Below are positions 38,780 to 51,953 of a DNA stretch of 64,000 nt, in pieces. The notes below the pieces were generated by a model that saw only the letters and a list, made by a program, of their open reading frames with translations, was not told where the DNA came from and made no database searches. Both the position numbers and the translations under genes were made by a program. This stretch comes from Camelus ferus (Eukaryota). The stretch spans positions 60,452,001 through 60,516,000 of the forward strand of contig NC_045707.1 in the NCBI RefSeq assembly GCF_009834535.1, in the 5' to 3' direction. Each line of letters opens with the position of its first letter. The first letter of the stretch is position 1.

Positions 38780-41497
38780 ACATTTAAGAGTCAATATTTA
38801 TTCTGATTAATATTTTACAAAATTTTGACAGATTTAATTTATGTAAGGAGAGCTAACTTATTAAACACTTTACAGGTTTTTCTTTCCACAGAGTAACACA
38901 GTAAGTAGCAAAATAATACTTGGCACAGTTATAAATAAAGAAAATACAAAATAAAAATATCCATGATGCTGTTTTATGCTTATTAATATTTCAAATAAAT
39001 TCCTGGGAACAACAAAAACATAAGGAAAAAATTCCAAAGAAGTAATCCATGTTCAGAACTGAGAAATAAGTTTCTATTTGCTAAAAGTATCCAATTAAGC
39101 TGAAATGAACTATTCCCCAAAGGGTCATCTTCATACACAACTTTTTAAAACTGGTTCCACATACAACGTAACAAAATAATTAGACGGTACGCTGCTGCAT
39201 AGTTGGCTCCTGACCATCTGACCATTTCTAAGTTATAGATTCACTGGTACTATGAGATGGTTAGTATTAAAGCATTAACATTGCTAATATTTTCCATGTT
39301 CTTATACAGCAAGAGTGGTTTTTTTTTTTTTCCTATTTAACTGAAAGACATCTCTTTTGCACTGAAAAGAATATTGTACCCCAAAGAAAGAACATGGTAA
39401 CAACACTCTCACCCAAATTCTGAGAAAACAACCACTGTAGTTGACTGTTAATAAAAACGTATTTGATAAAAACTGCAACTGAGTCTTTATGTGAAGTGGC
39501 TCAAAATACAAAAAATTAAAACAAATTCTAGCCTTTTATAAATAACTTTGAATTTAAAAATTATCTAAAATTTCCCCCAATTAGTCAAAACTAGCAGAGA
39601 CATTTGTAAAGTTAACCAATTTTGTACATTCTATGACAAAATGGCACAATGCTATTGCCACCCCACACCCATCTCTTCCCTTTTCAAAAATAAAGTATGC
39701 CAATTTTCTAATATTAAAACACTCACATACACTAAGGATAATCTTTTTGATGTGTGGCTTACGGTCAAAGAAACTACTATATAAAAATGGTACTTGGAAA
39801 TACTGAACACCAACTATATACATTTTCACTGCTCCTCTTACTAAGGCAAGGGGCGGGTGTACCACTAGATTGCTTTAATACCTGTAATCTGCATTTTACA
39901 GAGAATACTAATTTTACCAAGCATCAGACATGCAGTGAACTTGCAGGGTATAATGCCTATTAACAGCAATATTGAACATCACTAGAAGCTCATTAGTTAT
40001 CTCCCTTTTCTTTTTGGTTGGATAGAATGAAATGAGCAGCTTTAAATACACTAACACATAGAGACACAAAGAGAAAACTATTTGATAAATTATTTATATA
40101 CAGATACACAATCTTTACACTGGTCTAGGATCTGTCATCAGTCTGACCACCCTTTTCCCACCCTCCCCCAGCCCATTCCCTCTCACAGGTTTCCCACAGG
40201 TTGCTCGAACCACAGTTTGCTACAGCACTTAAGAGGACTAAACCAAATCTCACTCTGTAAACAATATTTATGGAAGCAGTGACTAATAGTTTACCATGAG
40301 AGTATGGAAATGCTGTAACAAAAATTGATCAGTGCATCACGTTTAACAGTAAGAAAATCTTTCTGAAATTGTTTCAGACAGCATTAACAAATTTCAAAAC
40401 ATTCAATATTTGGGAAAATTGAAACAGTCTTGGGGATAAAATACTTTCTGATGGATCATTTTTTAAAAACCAGAATATACCGTTAGCTTTTCTTTTATTC
40501 ACATGTGCTATATGTACAGAGATCATGCTCCATCTTTAGCTAAATTCCATTATTTTGTCTACAATTTATTTTGCAGTATATCCATTCATCTCTATTACTG
40601 AGAATTCTGCATTAACTTATTTGTTCTGCCTTTTCTTGAAAGTAGCTTAACTCTTAAAACCTGGACTATTTGTGCATCAAATTAAATTCTAATTTATGCT
40701 TTACTGGATAGTGTTTGCTAGTAGTATACATTCTATGAGGTGTACCATGCACTTAGTAGGGCTTTTAAATTGAACAAAATAACATGACTTACTATAATCA
40801 TGCAAGTGCTTTATTATCAGACCATAAAACCTTAGAGCAAGGTTACTACAGATTATTTCACTGAACTAGAAATATATCAGCATTGCAACAGCTGATAGCA
40901 ATAAAATATTGTTAGCACATTTTTTTGGTGAACATTATTTCCTTGTGCCTTTAAAGACACATTACAGTAGATCCCTAATAAAACCACATGATTTTCATCA
41001 CAGTATTTACATGTACATTCTAAAATGTACATAATACTAGTCTGAAGCAATTTAAGACAACTCTCTTGGAATTAAATGCAATACTAATAGTAGATTGCAT
41101 CATAAAATTTAGCTGTATACCATGTAGTTTTAGCTTGAATCGAACGTTTCTGATCAGTATACCACTACCATGTCTGTCAACAGAATAAATTCACTCTTTT
41201 TTCATGAAAAATGTTATGAGAACAAAAACCAAAAAGTTGAGTATGTTGTGAATTCCCACATTAAGAACCATTAAAATTCTTTTAAAGATCTTTAATCTTC
41301 CCAGAAGTGGCAGTGTGTTCTGTCCATGTTTACTTTTGTTAATAAAAGTGTTGAAAAAAAGACTGTAAAATTCACTGTTAGCCCTACGTATAGCATGCGA
41401 TTTGTTCAAAGGATGTGGATTCGAGTGTGAGAGAGACACGGACAGACACAATTTTCAGGCACCGCTCAGCAATATGCTTCAGAGGATAAAGATGCTG
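38780..41497 (-). other. ZDHHC17: ZDHHC17 3'UTR (~2.7 kb, AU-rich, no repeats recognised)
   Basis: Runs from the stop to AATAAA on - strand; contains miRNA seed matches and Pumilio elements. Confidence 0.8.
38797..38802 (-). terminator. ZDHHC17: ZDHHC17 distal polyadenylation signal
   Basis: TTTATT on + (AATAAA on -), followed on - by GU-rich TGTGTTTGTTATTTTT. Confidence 0.75.
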
Positions 41498-41636
41498 CTA
41501 CACAAGCTGGTACCCAGATCCTGATATTTGGTCATACTCTATTGTATACTGCCTGGTCCAGTCCACGGTAACAGGACGAAAGAGGCCACAGCATCGAAAT
41601 TCAAAGAAGTCTATAATATTCCTTACACATCCATGG
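41498..41636 (-). CDS. ZDHHC17: ZDHHC17 last exon, coding part HGCVRNIIDFFEFRCCGLFRPVTVDWTRQYTIEYDQISGSGYQLV*
   Basis: ttttag|C; stop TAG at 41498-41500; 139 nt. Confidence 0.97.
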
Positions 41637-42380
41637 CTAAAACACCCCCCAAAAAAGAGAAAAAGAGAAAGTCCATTAGTACAACGATTTAATATATGAG
41701 TTTAATATAACTTTGGTGTTAAATTTATTTTTTTCTAAACTTAAAAACTCAGGTTGCCAGAAAGTACCTTCTTAGAACTCTACAAAATACACAGGCACTC
41801 ATGTTTCTTCACAGCTCTGACAGCACCAATTTTTCTCTTTTGCCAATTTAATGGGCTGCACAATTATATCTTAAAGTTATTCAAATTCGCTTTTCTTTCA
41901 TTCCTGTGTCTTATGCAATTTTTGATAAAATCTTTCCTCACTGGTGGCTCCTTGGCAAGGAGACAAACTATTTCCAAAATTGAGAAAGTAAAGGACAAAA
42001 TAATATAAATAGCATGAACATGACACTATACCCAAGAGTAACAATTTAAGAAAAAGAAATGTCAAAGAAAAGTTCCCAGAATGTTAGGACTTCAAGAACA
42101 CCTTCGTAAAAGCGGTCAGTTTTAAATCTTACATAATTATTCTGCTTATGGTAGAATTCTTAAAACTACCCAACTGATTCTCTTATTTTTGCTTTTATTT
42201 AAAAAGGTTTGCATGTTTCCCAGAAGCCGCAACAATTAACAGCACCACAAAAGCCTGAAGGTAGTAGACAAGAAGCTTGAGTAAAACTCAAAGTTTTAAA
42301 TATTTCATAAAATTAGGAAACTACCGTTTCTTGGCTTCAGATTGAATGCAAATTAAAAATGTATATAAAAGAATAGTACA

Positions 42381-43748
42381 ATCTCTTCGATAAATGGTGT
42401 TGAGGAAACTGGAGAGTCAAAAGCAAAAGAACTCAACTGGACCACTGTCTTACAATATATACAAAAATTAACTCAAAATGGATTAGACCTGAGTGTAAGA
42501 ACTGCAACCAGAAAACACAGGTGTTAATAAGCTCCATGACATCAGTCTTGGTGATGAAATTTTCAAAATCTGACACCAAAAGCAAAGGCAACAGCAGCAA
42601 AAATAAGCAACTGAGACTATGTTACACTAAAAAGCTTCTGCACAGCAAAGGAAACCATCAACAAAATGAAAAGGCAACCTACTTGAATGGGAGAAAATAT
42701 TGCAAATCATATACCTGATAAGGGATTAATATCCAAAATATATAAAGAACTCATACAACTCAAATGCAAAGAAGTAAAGAATCCAATTAAAAAATAGGCA
42801 GACAATGAACAGACATTTTTCCAAGGAAGACATACAGAATGCCAACAGACACATGAAAAGATGCTCAACATCACTAATGTTTACGGAAATGCAAATCAAA
42901 ACCACAATGGAATGGCTATCATCAAAAAGACAAGAAATAACAAGTGTTGGCGAGGATGCGGAGAAAAGGTAACTCTTCTACACTGTTGGTGGGGATGTAA
43001 ATTAGTGCGGCCACTATGGAAAACAGGATGGCGGTTCCTCAAAAAACTAAACACAGAACTACCGTATGATCCAGCAATTCCACTTCTGGGCATTTATCTG
43101 AAGGGGACAAAAACACCACAGTACCTGCACCCTCATGTTCATTACAGCGTTAGTTAACAGCACCCAAGATACGGAAACTACCTAACTGTCCAGTGGTAGA
43201 TGAACATATTTTAAAAATGTGATACACACACATAGAAATAAAGTTCAGTCACTTTAAAGAAGAAGGAAATCTGGCCATTTGCAACATGGATGGACCTTGA
43301 GGGCACTATAAGTCAACTAAGTCAGACAAAGAAAGACAAACACCATATAACCTCACTTATGTGGAATTTAAACAAACAAACCCAAGCTCATAGATACAGG
43401 GTAAATCGGTGGAGGTGAGAGGCTGGGGCAGGGGAGGAGGCGAAATGGGTGACGGGGGTCAAAAGGTACAAACTTCCAGGTCTAAAATAAATAAGTCTTG
43501 GGGACATAATGTACAGCATGGTGACTACAGTTAACACTGTATTGCTTATCTGAAAATTGCTAAGAGAGTAGATCTTAAAAATTTCTCATTACAAGAAAAA
43601 AATTTTTTCTATCTATGTATGGTGATGGATGTTAACTGGACTTACTGTGGTCATTCAGCAATGTATACAACTGTTGAATCATTATGTTAATACACCTGGA
43701 ACTAATATAATGTTATACGTCAATTATATTTCAATTTAAAGAAAAGAA
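42381..43748 (+). mobile_element. 5'-truncated L1 (L1MA9-like) ORF2 end plus 3'UTR, in the last ZDHHC17 intron and antisense to the gene
   Basis: Degenerate ORF2 C-terminus [51 protein letters not shown]-rich end. Confidence 0.92.
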
Positions 43749-44281
43749 AATGAGGCATGTGGAAAGTTTTGTGTCATTCAGAGGGCAAATAAAATAAGCA
43801 ATCTGAACGAAAAAGTAGCTGCTCCAGAGCCTGAGAAATTTCCTTAAATAATCGAATTTCAATCGACTGCATTTTTTAAAATCTTAATTCAATTTTCTGG
43901 ATACATTCATTTTTGAATGAAAATTTATGAATTGATGGGAAGGTTAAAGAACGAATACTAGATGTTGGTAGGTCAATAAAGTTTGAATTGTACAATTAAG
44001 AAAAAAGAGCGTCACAAATGTATACACAGTTAATGTGGTGAATACTAAGTTATGGGGAACCACCCAATGCTGTGGCTGGCAGAAACCCTGGCATTCGGTT
44101 TGTTTGCTATAAGCTATTTTACACATTGCTAAGTAAAAGAAATATTCCCTGTTTCATATCTTATTGCCGTACCTAAAGACAACACTTCCCTTTGATGTAT
44201 TCACTAGATATTTGCTGAGTTTGGCTGGTAAGGAACTTTGTATGTCAAGAGAAAATACTAAATTCACAAATATGTACGTAC

Positions 44282-44376
44282 TTGAATGGGCTTTCGATAG
44301 ATGTTGTTGTGACTTTAAAGTGCTTGTATCTTCTGGCATTCATTCTCTCATTTGTAGTAATACCTAAACATGATAT
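44282..44376 (-). CDS. ZDHHC17: ZDHHC17 exon (about 16) ISCLGITTNERMNARRYKHFKVTTTSIESPFN
   Basis: tctcag|ATA ... AA|GTACGT; 95 nt; carries the TTxE motif of the DHHC family. Confidence 0.97.
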
Positions 44377-45099
44377 CTGAGAGGTAAGAGAAAGCAAGCC
44401 ATTAACTCTGAATATTTAATGTAAAGTAAGTTAATCCTCAAGAGGACCACCAGGATAGAGAGAAAATGGTGACGATGATGGTAATGAAGTCTGCTTTTGG
44501 TTTTCCATCAGATCATCAAACTAGTTTACACAGTATCATTTGACTCTGTGAAAAGTAGCCAGTTAACAGGGAAAATACTTAAAAACAGGTTAATTATTGT
44601 GCAGGTGGAGAGAGAGACATTATGTATATATGACCTCTCCATCATCACCTTTAAAAAAGAACTTTAAAAAAACCTAATTAAAAAAAAGACTGTTGAATAA
44701 ATACTGATATTATATTTATTTTTTTGTAGGTACTGATATATATTTATATATTTGTAGGTAATAAAATACTACTATTAAAACAAACACAAAATTAATGCTA
44801 CCATCAATCTAAAGCTCACACATATATCCAATAGATTAATGTAAATCAGGAAAAAAAAATTTTGCCAAGAGTAATACTAAAAATTCAAAGTTTATAAAAT
44901 AAGAAGGAGGAGGAGAGATGGAGAGAAAGAGGGAAGAAGGAATGAAAAGTAAATTGAAAATTTTAATTCTCAAAAAATTTCAATTATGAAAAGCAGGAGT
45001 GATTACATATAAAGAGAAAACATCGTTATCTTTTAAGCGAGGAGTAAATTTTGAAGAGTTCTCAGCACACTGAAGAACGAGTGCTGCCCCTGCACATAC

Positions 45100-45257
45100 C
45101 TGGTACATCTGACACATGAGCAACACAGCCACCCACATGAAATGAAAAACACTGTTCAGAAACATCCAGAACATCCAAGGTGAACACGTGGCAATTTGAG
45201 TAATGTATGTCCAAAATCCATCCTTGGTGTAACTGGTCTCGCAGTGGAGTCCCCAGT
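45100..45257 (-). CDS. ZDHHC17: ZDHHC17 exon (about 15) YWGLHCETSYTKDGFW...LLMCQMYQ
   Basis: ttttag|AC ... CAG|GTATGT; 158 nt. Confidence 0.97.
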
Positions 45258-46434
45258 CTAAAATCAGAGCAGAAGTACTCACATTTACTCAGTAATCATC
45301 CAAGCACCTCGTGTAGACATCTGTGGTAGGCACCACTTAAAAAACATGACCTAAGAATTTAAACTGATGACTTTCAGTGCAAATTTTTTTATACTGTTAA
45401 ATAATGACATTATATATTACTGAAAAATATATCAAAAACAGAAATGGAAAAAGCAGCAATCTTAAAAAAAAGTACTTTAACAATATACAGTTTTTATTTG
45501 ATTCATACTGCATATATACAATACTTAAAAAAAATTTCCTTTATAAAAAGATAGGATGAGAGATGTAAGTGAGAATTCCTTGGAGGGAAGGCATATAACA
45601 CAACAAGATCACCCTGGTGAGGGGGGCTTTTTCCAAAACAAAATCTATTCTTTGAGAGCTGCTGCTATGAAGAACCACTGTTATTAGCAGGATCATATTC
45701 TCTCCCAAATTTACTGGGCCAGAAGTTAGGTCACGATCTCTGACCGAATCTTTCTCTCTGTTAACCTTTGTTTGAGGAAGCAGCCTCCCTTTTCAATAAC
45801 AGAGATTTATAATATCTGTGGGAGTAGGAGGACTAGAAAATCATCGAAGACTTACGCTAAGTACCACCAAGCCCTGAAGGACAGTAACTAGTATCTTCAC
45901 TTAAATTCTTTCCAAATTATGTTCTCAATGCAATAAAAACCTATCATTTTCTCTAAGATACAACACCCACATGATCAAGTGAATGACAACTTATTCTTAA
46001 CCTTTTAAATATTCTCTAATAGGAAATAATTATATCTTACTCTTAAAAATATTTCAAGTTCTATGCAAACTTAACTTTAACTATATTTTCCCAGCTGCCT
46101 GGTGAGAAAGAGCAACTAACACAATCATAAAATCTATAAACTTCTAGGGTAAAGCAAGCATGTGATGTGAAAAACGTTGGTGTATTTTACCCAGAAGCTT
46201 TTCAAAGCCTATTAAAAGGTAAGTAACTGATATTTCTGTTGCCTATACTATAGGTTAACCATGTTTGATAGTTCTATATCTATTTTTTCTTTACGCTTCA
46301 TTGTAGTGAAGTACCCCAAACCATAATATTTAGCTAAAAGATGCTTAAAATTATCTTATTTTTTTTGTTAATATTGTAAAGGATGAGTATGATAACACTT
46401 GTTTTAAGAAGAGAAAAAAGCTAATTGTACTCAC

Positions 46435-46518
46435 AAGAAATACAACCATAAATCATCCAGCAGATCATAAAAAGCAAGAAGAACAGGTAGCCCATAAAGT
46501 ATCTGTGGTTGCCTGCAC
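46435..46518 (-). CDS. ZDHHC17: ZDHHC17 exon (about 14) GAGNHRYFMGYLFFLLFMICWMIYGCIS
   Basis: ttttag|GT ... T|GTGAGT; 84 nt. Confidence 0.97.
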
Positions 46519-47393
46519 CTAAAAAAAACAACACAGAAGCAATTTTTTCAGCTAAGAAAAAACAACTGGAAATGCACCTAGGGGCAGGATGTGGGTAGGG
46601 AAATGCCAGAAGTGAGATACACCTTAGACAATAATCATGTACGTTATTTATTTTTAGAAAATGTTCTTCAAGAAAATGTTTTAATAAAAACCTTAAAACA
46701 AAAGAATGCTTATAATTACACACAAAGATGTGGTGACTGTAATGATACTCATTCTGAAGTTTCAAAAGAGTCTTAATGAACCAAATAAACCACAATTTTA
46801 ATTCTGCTGTTTGCTTCTGAGGTTTAAGATAAACCTATTTTAACTTTACTTTTATAAACTTTATAATCCAACTTTTTAAAGGCTTTTTCCCCTAATAGAG
46901 TCACACAATCTTTGTAATGTTTCCCTCCTGTTATCTTATAAAATCCCCAAGGCCATCTCTCAGACTGCTGAGTTTATCTCCTTGGACTACACCACCCTTG
47001 AACACTGAGGTATGCAGTTATCTGTCCTTCTCTGCCTCTGTACATCCATTCAAATACTTAGTTGCCTTACCTTCTCTAGTTCAACTAAAGAACAAAACTA
47101 TCTGCCTCCTTATCAATTTCACTGTTATTCAATGGAGAAAACAGTTAAGAGCAGACACAGGGAGAACTGATAGAGAAATCGTATCTATCTTCTCTGGACA
47201 GTGTTTTATTACTTTTTTCCCTCTCTCTCACACCTGAGTAGATGTTTTGCCAACCAGAAAATAATTGGAGGAAAGAAGGGTGTTGTAAGGTGCAAGAATG
47301 AACTTTCTACATCTAATTTAATATTGTACTTCATCAGTTATCTAGAGTAACTTACATAAACAATGTATTTTTGAAACTACTAATAAAACTTAC

Positions 47394-47487
47394 CTACACA
47401 GTTCCCCACCCATGGGCAATGATGGTCGAATTTCGCTATACAACGGTTGCACACACCACAATGCTTGGACCTCACTGGTTTCCGTAT
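47394..47487 (-). CDS. ZDHHC17: ZDHHC17 exon (about 13) [31 protein letters not shown], catalytic DHHC motif
   Basis: DHHC codons at 47416-47427; taacag|ATA ... G|GTAAGT; 94 nt. Confidence 0.98.
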
Positions 47488-49816
47488 CTGTTAATAGGCA
47501 TGTTAAAAAATTATGAAAGGCACTATATCTAAGAAAGGAAAGCTGAACATTTATTTTCTAAAAATACAATTATGAAAAAATAAAACTGTATTTTTTGGAA
47601 AAGGATTATACCAAGGTTTCCAAAGGAATAAAACCAAACAAAAATCACTCTTGTTTTGTTTATCTTTCAGTGTCTCTTGAGATCTCAGACTAAGGTACAG
47701 CACTTTCCCTGCTGAAAGGCAGGACCTTATCTAAGAAACTGTAACATGCCTGGGAAGTTTAGACAGTCCTATTCATACTATTTGTTGCCAAAAATATAAA
47801 ATGCATTCGCCTCTTGATAGGCAATAAAGAATTCATGTTTATGATGCCTTACTATTTTAAATGTTGTGAAATGTTTTTCTCTACATTATTCTAAATCAGC
47901 CAACTGAATACAAGAAGTCATCAGTGATCTTCAAAGAGCTGCTAGTCCCAATGCTGGATACACGACAAGAGCTAGAGTTATTAACCCTTATCAGAAACAA
48001 AATTTATAACATCCTTCATTGGTGTTTCAATAAAAGTCTGACATTTCCCCAACAGCCTGCATAACGTTATATACTATTTTGAGGTACTGAAAAAAGGTAT
48101 GGATGGACTATGTGCTTCTTACACGTACTAAAGTAATCTGTGCACCAAAGAAAAGGATGTTATTCTTCACCACAGATATGACACTAAATCTATTAGGAGA
48201 AAGAAAGAGACTATAGCAAACAAATTCTCCCCCTACCTCCCACTCTTACCTATATTTCCACTTTGGAAAACACTTGTCAATGAATTCTGAGCAAAAACGG
48301 ACACAAGGCTCCTGAACAAAAGAGTCTCCTTGGTTCACTTAAAGAGTAATTCATTTTTAGGAAATCCTGATATACATGTGCTTCTTAGGGACTTGTGTGT
48401 TTTTCAAAGTGAAGGATACCCGTATAATGACAAATACCTCTGTCAATATGAATCATTTTATAATAAATAAGATACGTTTTTTGCCTTATAAAACCAAACT
48501 ATCTAACCAGAAGTACACAGCTTACAACAACATAAGATTTTTGCTATGACGACAAAGATAGTCTTGTTCTCACCATAAGATATTTATTTACTAATGAAAC
48601 TGTATTGAGCAACTCTACAATTCGTTTGCCATATGGCAAATACACTTGACTTTGCAGAACAGAATATTTTCACAGAATAGTTAAGTATAAAATGTTCCAA
48701 ATGTTAAGAATACTGATTCTGTAAACTACCCATTGTAAAGCACAGAAACAAAAACCTTTCTAAAGCATGCTTAAAATACAAAAGAATCTAGTCAGTACTC
48801 TAAAGTTGCTATCAAGAGTAAAGCAGTACGTATTTTGAACATTCAAAATCGTAACTGTTCAGTCAAAAAACGTTAAGTGAAACAACTTAAAAGAATCTGT
48901 GGAATTAGAGCTCAGTTGCAAAAACTCATTCCAGAATCCTAAACTAAGTCAATTATTTAATTTATTTTATTATCATTCAAATGTTAAGACATCAGTTCAG
49001 TTGTAGTGTATAACTTAAAGGTATAAAAGAGCATTTAGTTCCAAGCATGATTTGGGGATATTTCCACTTCCATGCAGAAAAACACGGTTTAAGCATTGTG
49101 GCTGTCCATACATTTTTCACAGGAACTAATTATAAAAATTAAGCAGAAAATCATTAAAACACAAAGCAATATTCTATAGAAAGTAGATGTCTATAATAAT
49201 AAACAATGTCAGTATTACTATACCTGATTTCATAAGTAAATGCCATTTAATTTCATATATAGCTTTATCTATGACCTGGTTGAAGATGACAGCTTTTACC
49301 ATCAGTGGTAAAACAGTGCTCAAAGCTGCATAAACACTCTACCACAGACAGATAACTGCTCTAGTTGAACCAGTTTAGAGGCCATGTTGTCTTAATAGTT
49401 ATCTAATGGATTTCCCACTGTGACCTTTAAATGTAAGAATAAATTTTCTTAAAATGTAATTAGGATAACAGTATATTAGGGAATCATAGTAAACTTTTGA
49501 TGTTAAATACTTTATTAGTTTCTTACTTGTTGAATTATATTTTAAGTGAGAAAAAAGAGAGTTAAGAATGAATACAAATGAACAGCACCACTGAATCACA
49601 AGTGTAGTTAAGGGCCACCATCGGGGGAATGAGCACTGGGAAGGACACGTCTTTTTACCATCTTGCTCTTGTATCATGGTCTAAAAGGCATTTGGGGGGC
49701 AGGGTGGGAGGCTCCTGAAATGTGCTCAGTGAAAGAAACTTCTGGTTTCCCAAACTCTCTATACAATACCACTGCTAGGGGAAGAAGAGAGGGAAGAATA
49801 AAGAAAAAAATACTAC

Positions 49817-49879
49817 CAAACAGGTACTGCAGAATATACTGAGGTCCAGACTTCCTGTCTCTGCAAGTTCAACTATTGT
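49817..49879 (-). CDS. ZDHHC17: ZDHHC17 exon (about 12) TIVELAETGSLDLSIFCSTCL
   Basis: tcacag|ACA ... TTG|GTAGTA; 63 nt. Confidence 0.95.
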
Positions 49880-50518
49880 CTGTGAATTAAAAAAATAAAT
49901 TTTACTCAAAACTGTACAATATTTACCAACCACTGTGACACCAATATATCAGTAAACATGATGTTCATTTTAATTAACCGTTTTCAGCTGAAAATAATAA
50001 AAATCTCTCCACTTACTTCTGCTATTTCATTACAGTATGAATACAGGAGTTTTATTCCTTGGATATACAAAAAAGCAACCTAACTTAGTTATGGGAATGC
50101 TCCTCTGAGAATAAATCTAAGTCAACTTCCCTAAGAACTAGTCTATACAGCTTTGACGGCTACGAGACGAATATAAACCTAAGTGCAATAAAGAACTGAA
50201 CCTTCAAAGCTGGATTATCACTAAGAAAACCAGGCAAGCCAATTAGCAGTTGTGTCTAAAGAATTCTGGAACATAAGGGCAGCACTCCTTATGTAGCCTA
50301 GAGAGAGAAACATGAAATTTAGAAATGTCATGGAAGTGTAAGAGTAGGCATCACAAAGCACCAAAGGTGAGCACCAAATACACACAATCTCAGTTTGGTT
50401 TGAAATGTCCTTGTATTCCAAAACACAGTTTCTTTCTTTGTACTCCTCTAATATCTGCTATAAATACTGATAATCTGGCAATAAAACACATGTGACTAGT
50501 TAGATTGTATCTTGCTAC

Positions 50519-50643
50519 CTTTTTCTTCTGTTCTTCTGTAGCTTTAATAATCCCTGGATCTGATTTCCAAGATTTTCCAAAATTGTAGAAAAGTGCAACA
50601 CTATTGGCAAGGAATGGAAGATGGATAAATAAAAAATTGAGAT
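50519..50643 (-). CDS. ZDHHC17: ZDHHC17 exon (about 11) DLNFLFIHLPFLANSVALFYNFGKSWKSDPGIIKATEEQKKK
   Basis: 125 nt; contains the DPG motif typical of DHHC enzymes; donor AAG|GTAGCA. Confidence 0.95.
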
Positions 50644-51787
50644 GTGCCTAAAGTTAAGGAATCTAAAGAGGCAATGAAAACTAGTTTTTATTATAGGTAA
50701 ATTTATAATCTGTGAAATTTCATCACACACACACAAATCTACAAAAAAAAAAAAAAAACCCAAGATGGTTTATTTATTACATCAAAATAGATAACATCTA
50801 TAAGTTAGTCTATTATATCAAAATGAATACATTTTCCCACTGTGCTCATAAGTAAGTGTAAAAGATGTGATTTCTTTATAAACTTTAAATCGTATAGGGT
50901 AGGCTTATCTGACACTTTTTATAAGTCAGTGAATATATTATTTTTAAATGATAATTATTTCTTTTGACAAAAATGAAGAGATTTCTCACGTTCAACATTA
51001 TTAATATATTACTTTATTTATATGCACTAAAATCTTTATATTTTCTACCAAACACTTAGATATTATACCCATATACTTAAAAGACTGCTTTTACATTCTG
51101 TCCATTGCCTTTTTTAAACACATTCAAGTTGACCTTAATTTTAGAAAAGGTATTTATAAACTTTCTTAAAACAGAAATAGTTTCTATGTTCACATTCTTC
51201 TTCCTAATGAAGATATAAAAAATGTACTAGGCACTTATAAGTGAAGAATCAAAGACTATTTTCAATAATACTAGGAAAAATAAAGCAATGTTGCTAGAGC
51301 AACACATTTCTCAAACACAAAATATACAGAAAACTCAAATACCATTTTCAAGATTTTACGTAGGTACAAAAGCTGTCCACAAAATTTCCTGTGATAATGG
51401 CACCCTCCCTGTAAAATTCTGTAAAATTTTTGGGCATTATCATGTATACATACTCTTTACATTTCTTATGAAGCACAAATAAGAAAGAATAGCTTCTTGA
51501 ATGAAACAATCCTATATTTGTTTGGTAAATACCAAAACCTAAATAACTGTTTAAAATACAGGAGGGGAAAAAAGGGAGAAGAAAAAGGGTAGGTATTATC
51601 ACCTGCCATACACAAAAGTGTTTCTTCTTTCTCCAGTCCCCTATTTACTCCCAACTTTCACCATCATAAGGAATGGGGGAATAAGTCCCCCAAATCCATG
51701 AGTACAGTCAGCAGAGAATAAACAGAAAAAGTCCAATTTTTGGCTCTTCTAATAGCTAAAAATCTCTTAAGAATAAAGATGGGTAAA

Positions 51788-51953
51788 GGACCTATTGATA
51801 GCACAACGGACTATACTCAATAACCTGTAATAGAAAAAAATCTGAAAAAGAATATATATATATACATATACATACACAAAAAACTGAATCACTCTGCTGT
51901 ACACCTGAAACCAACACAACATTGTAAATCAACTATACTTTTATTTTTAAAGA
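51788..51953 (+). mobile_element. Short L1 3'-end (artiodactyl-type) with degenerate 19-bp TSD
   Basis: CTGAATCACTCTGCTGTACACCTGAAACCAACACAACATTGTAAATCAACTATACTT. TSD AAGAATAAAGATGGGTAAA (51769-51787) vs AAGAAGAAAGCTGGGTAAA (51954-51972). Confidence 0.8.

Noticed and set aside
42861..43157. 98-aa ORF with Cys/Trp motif
   Set aside because: Decayed L1 ORF2 C-terminus.
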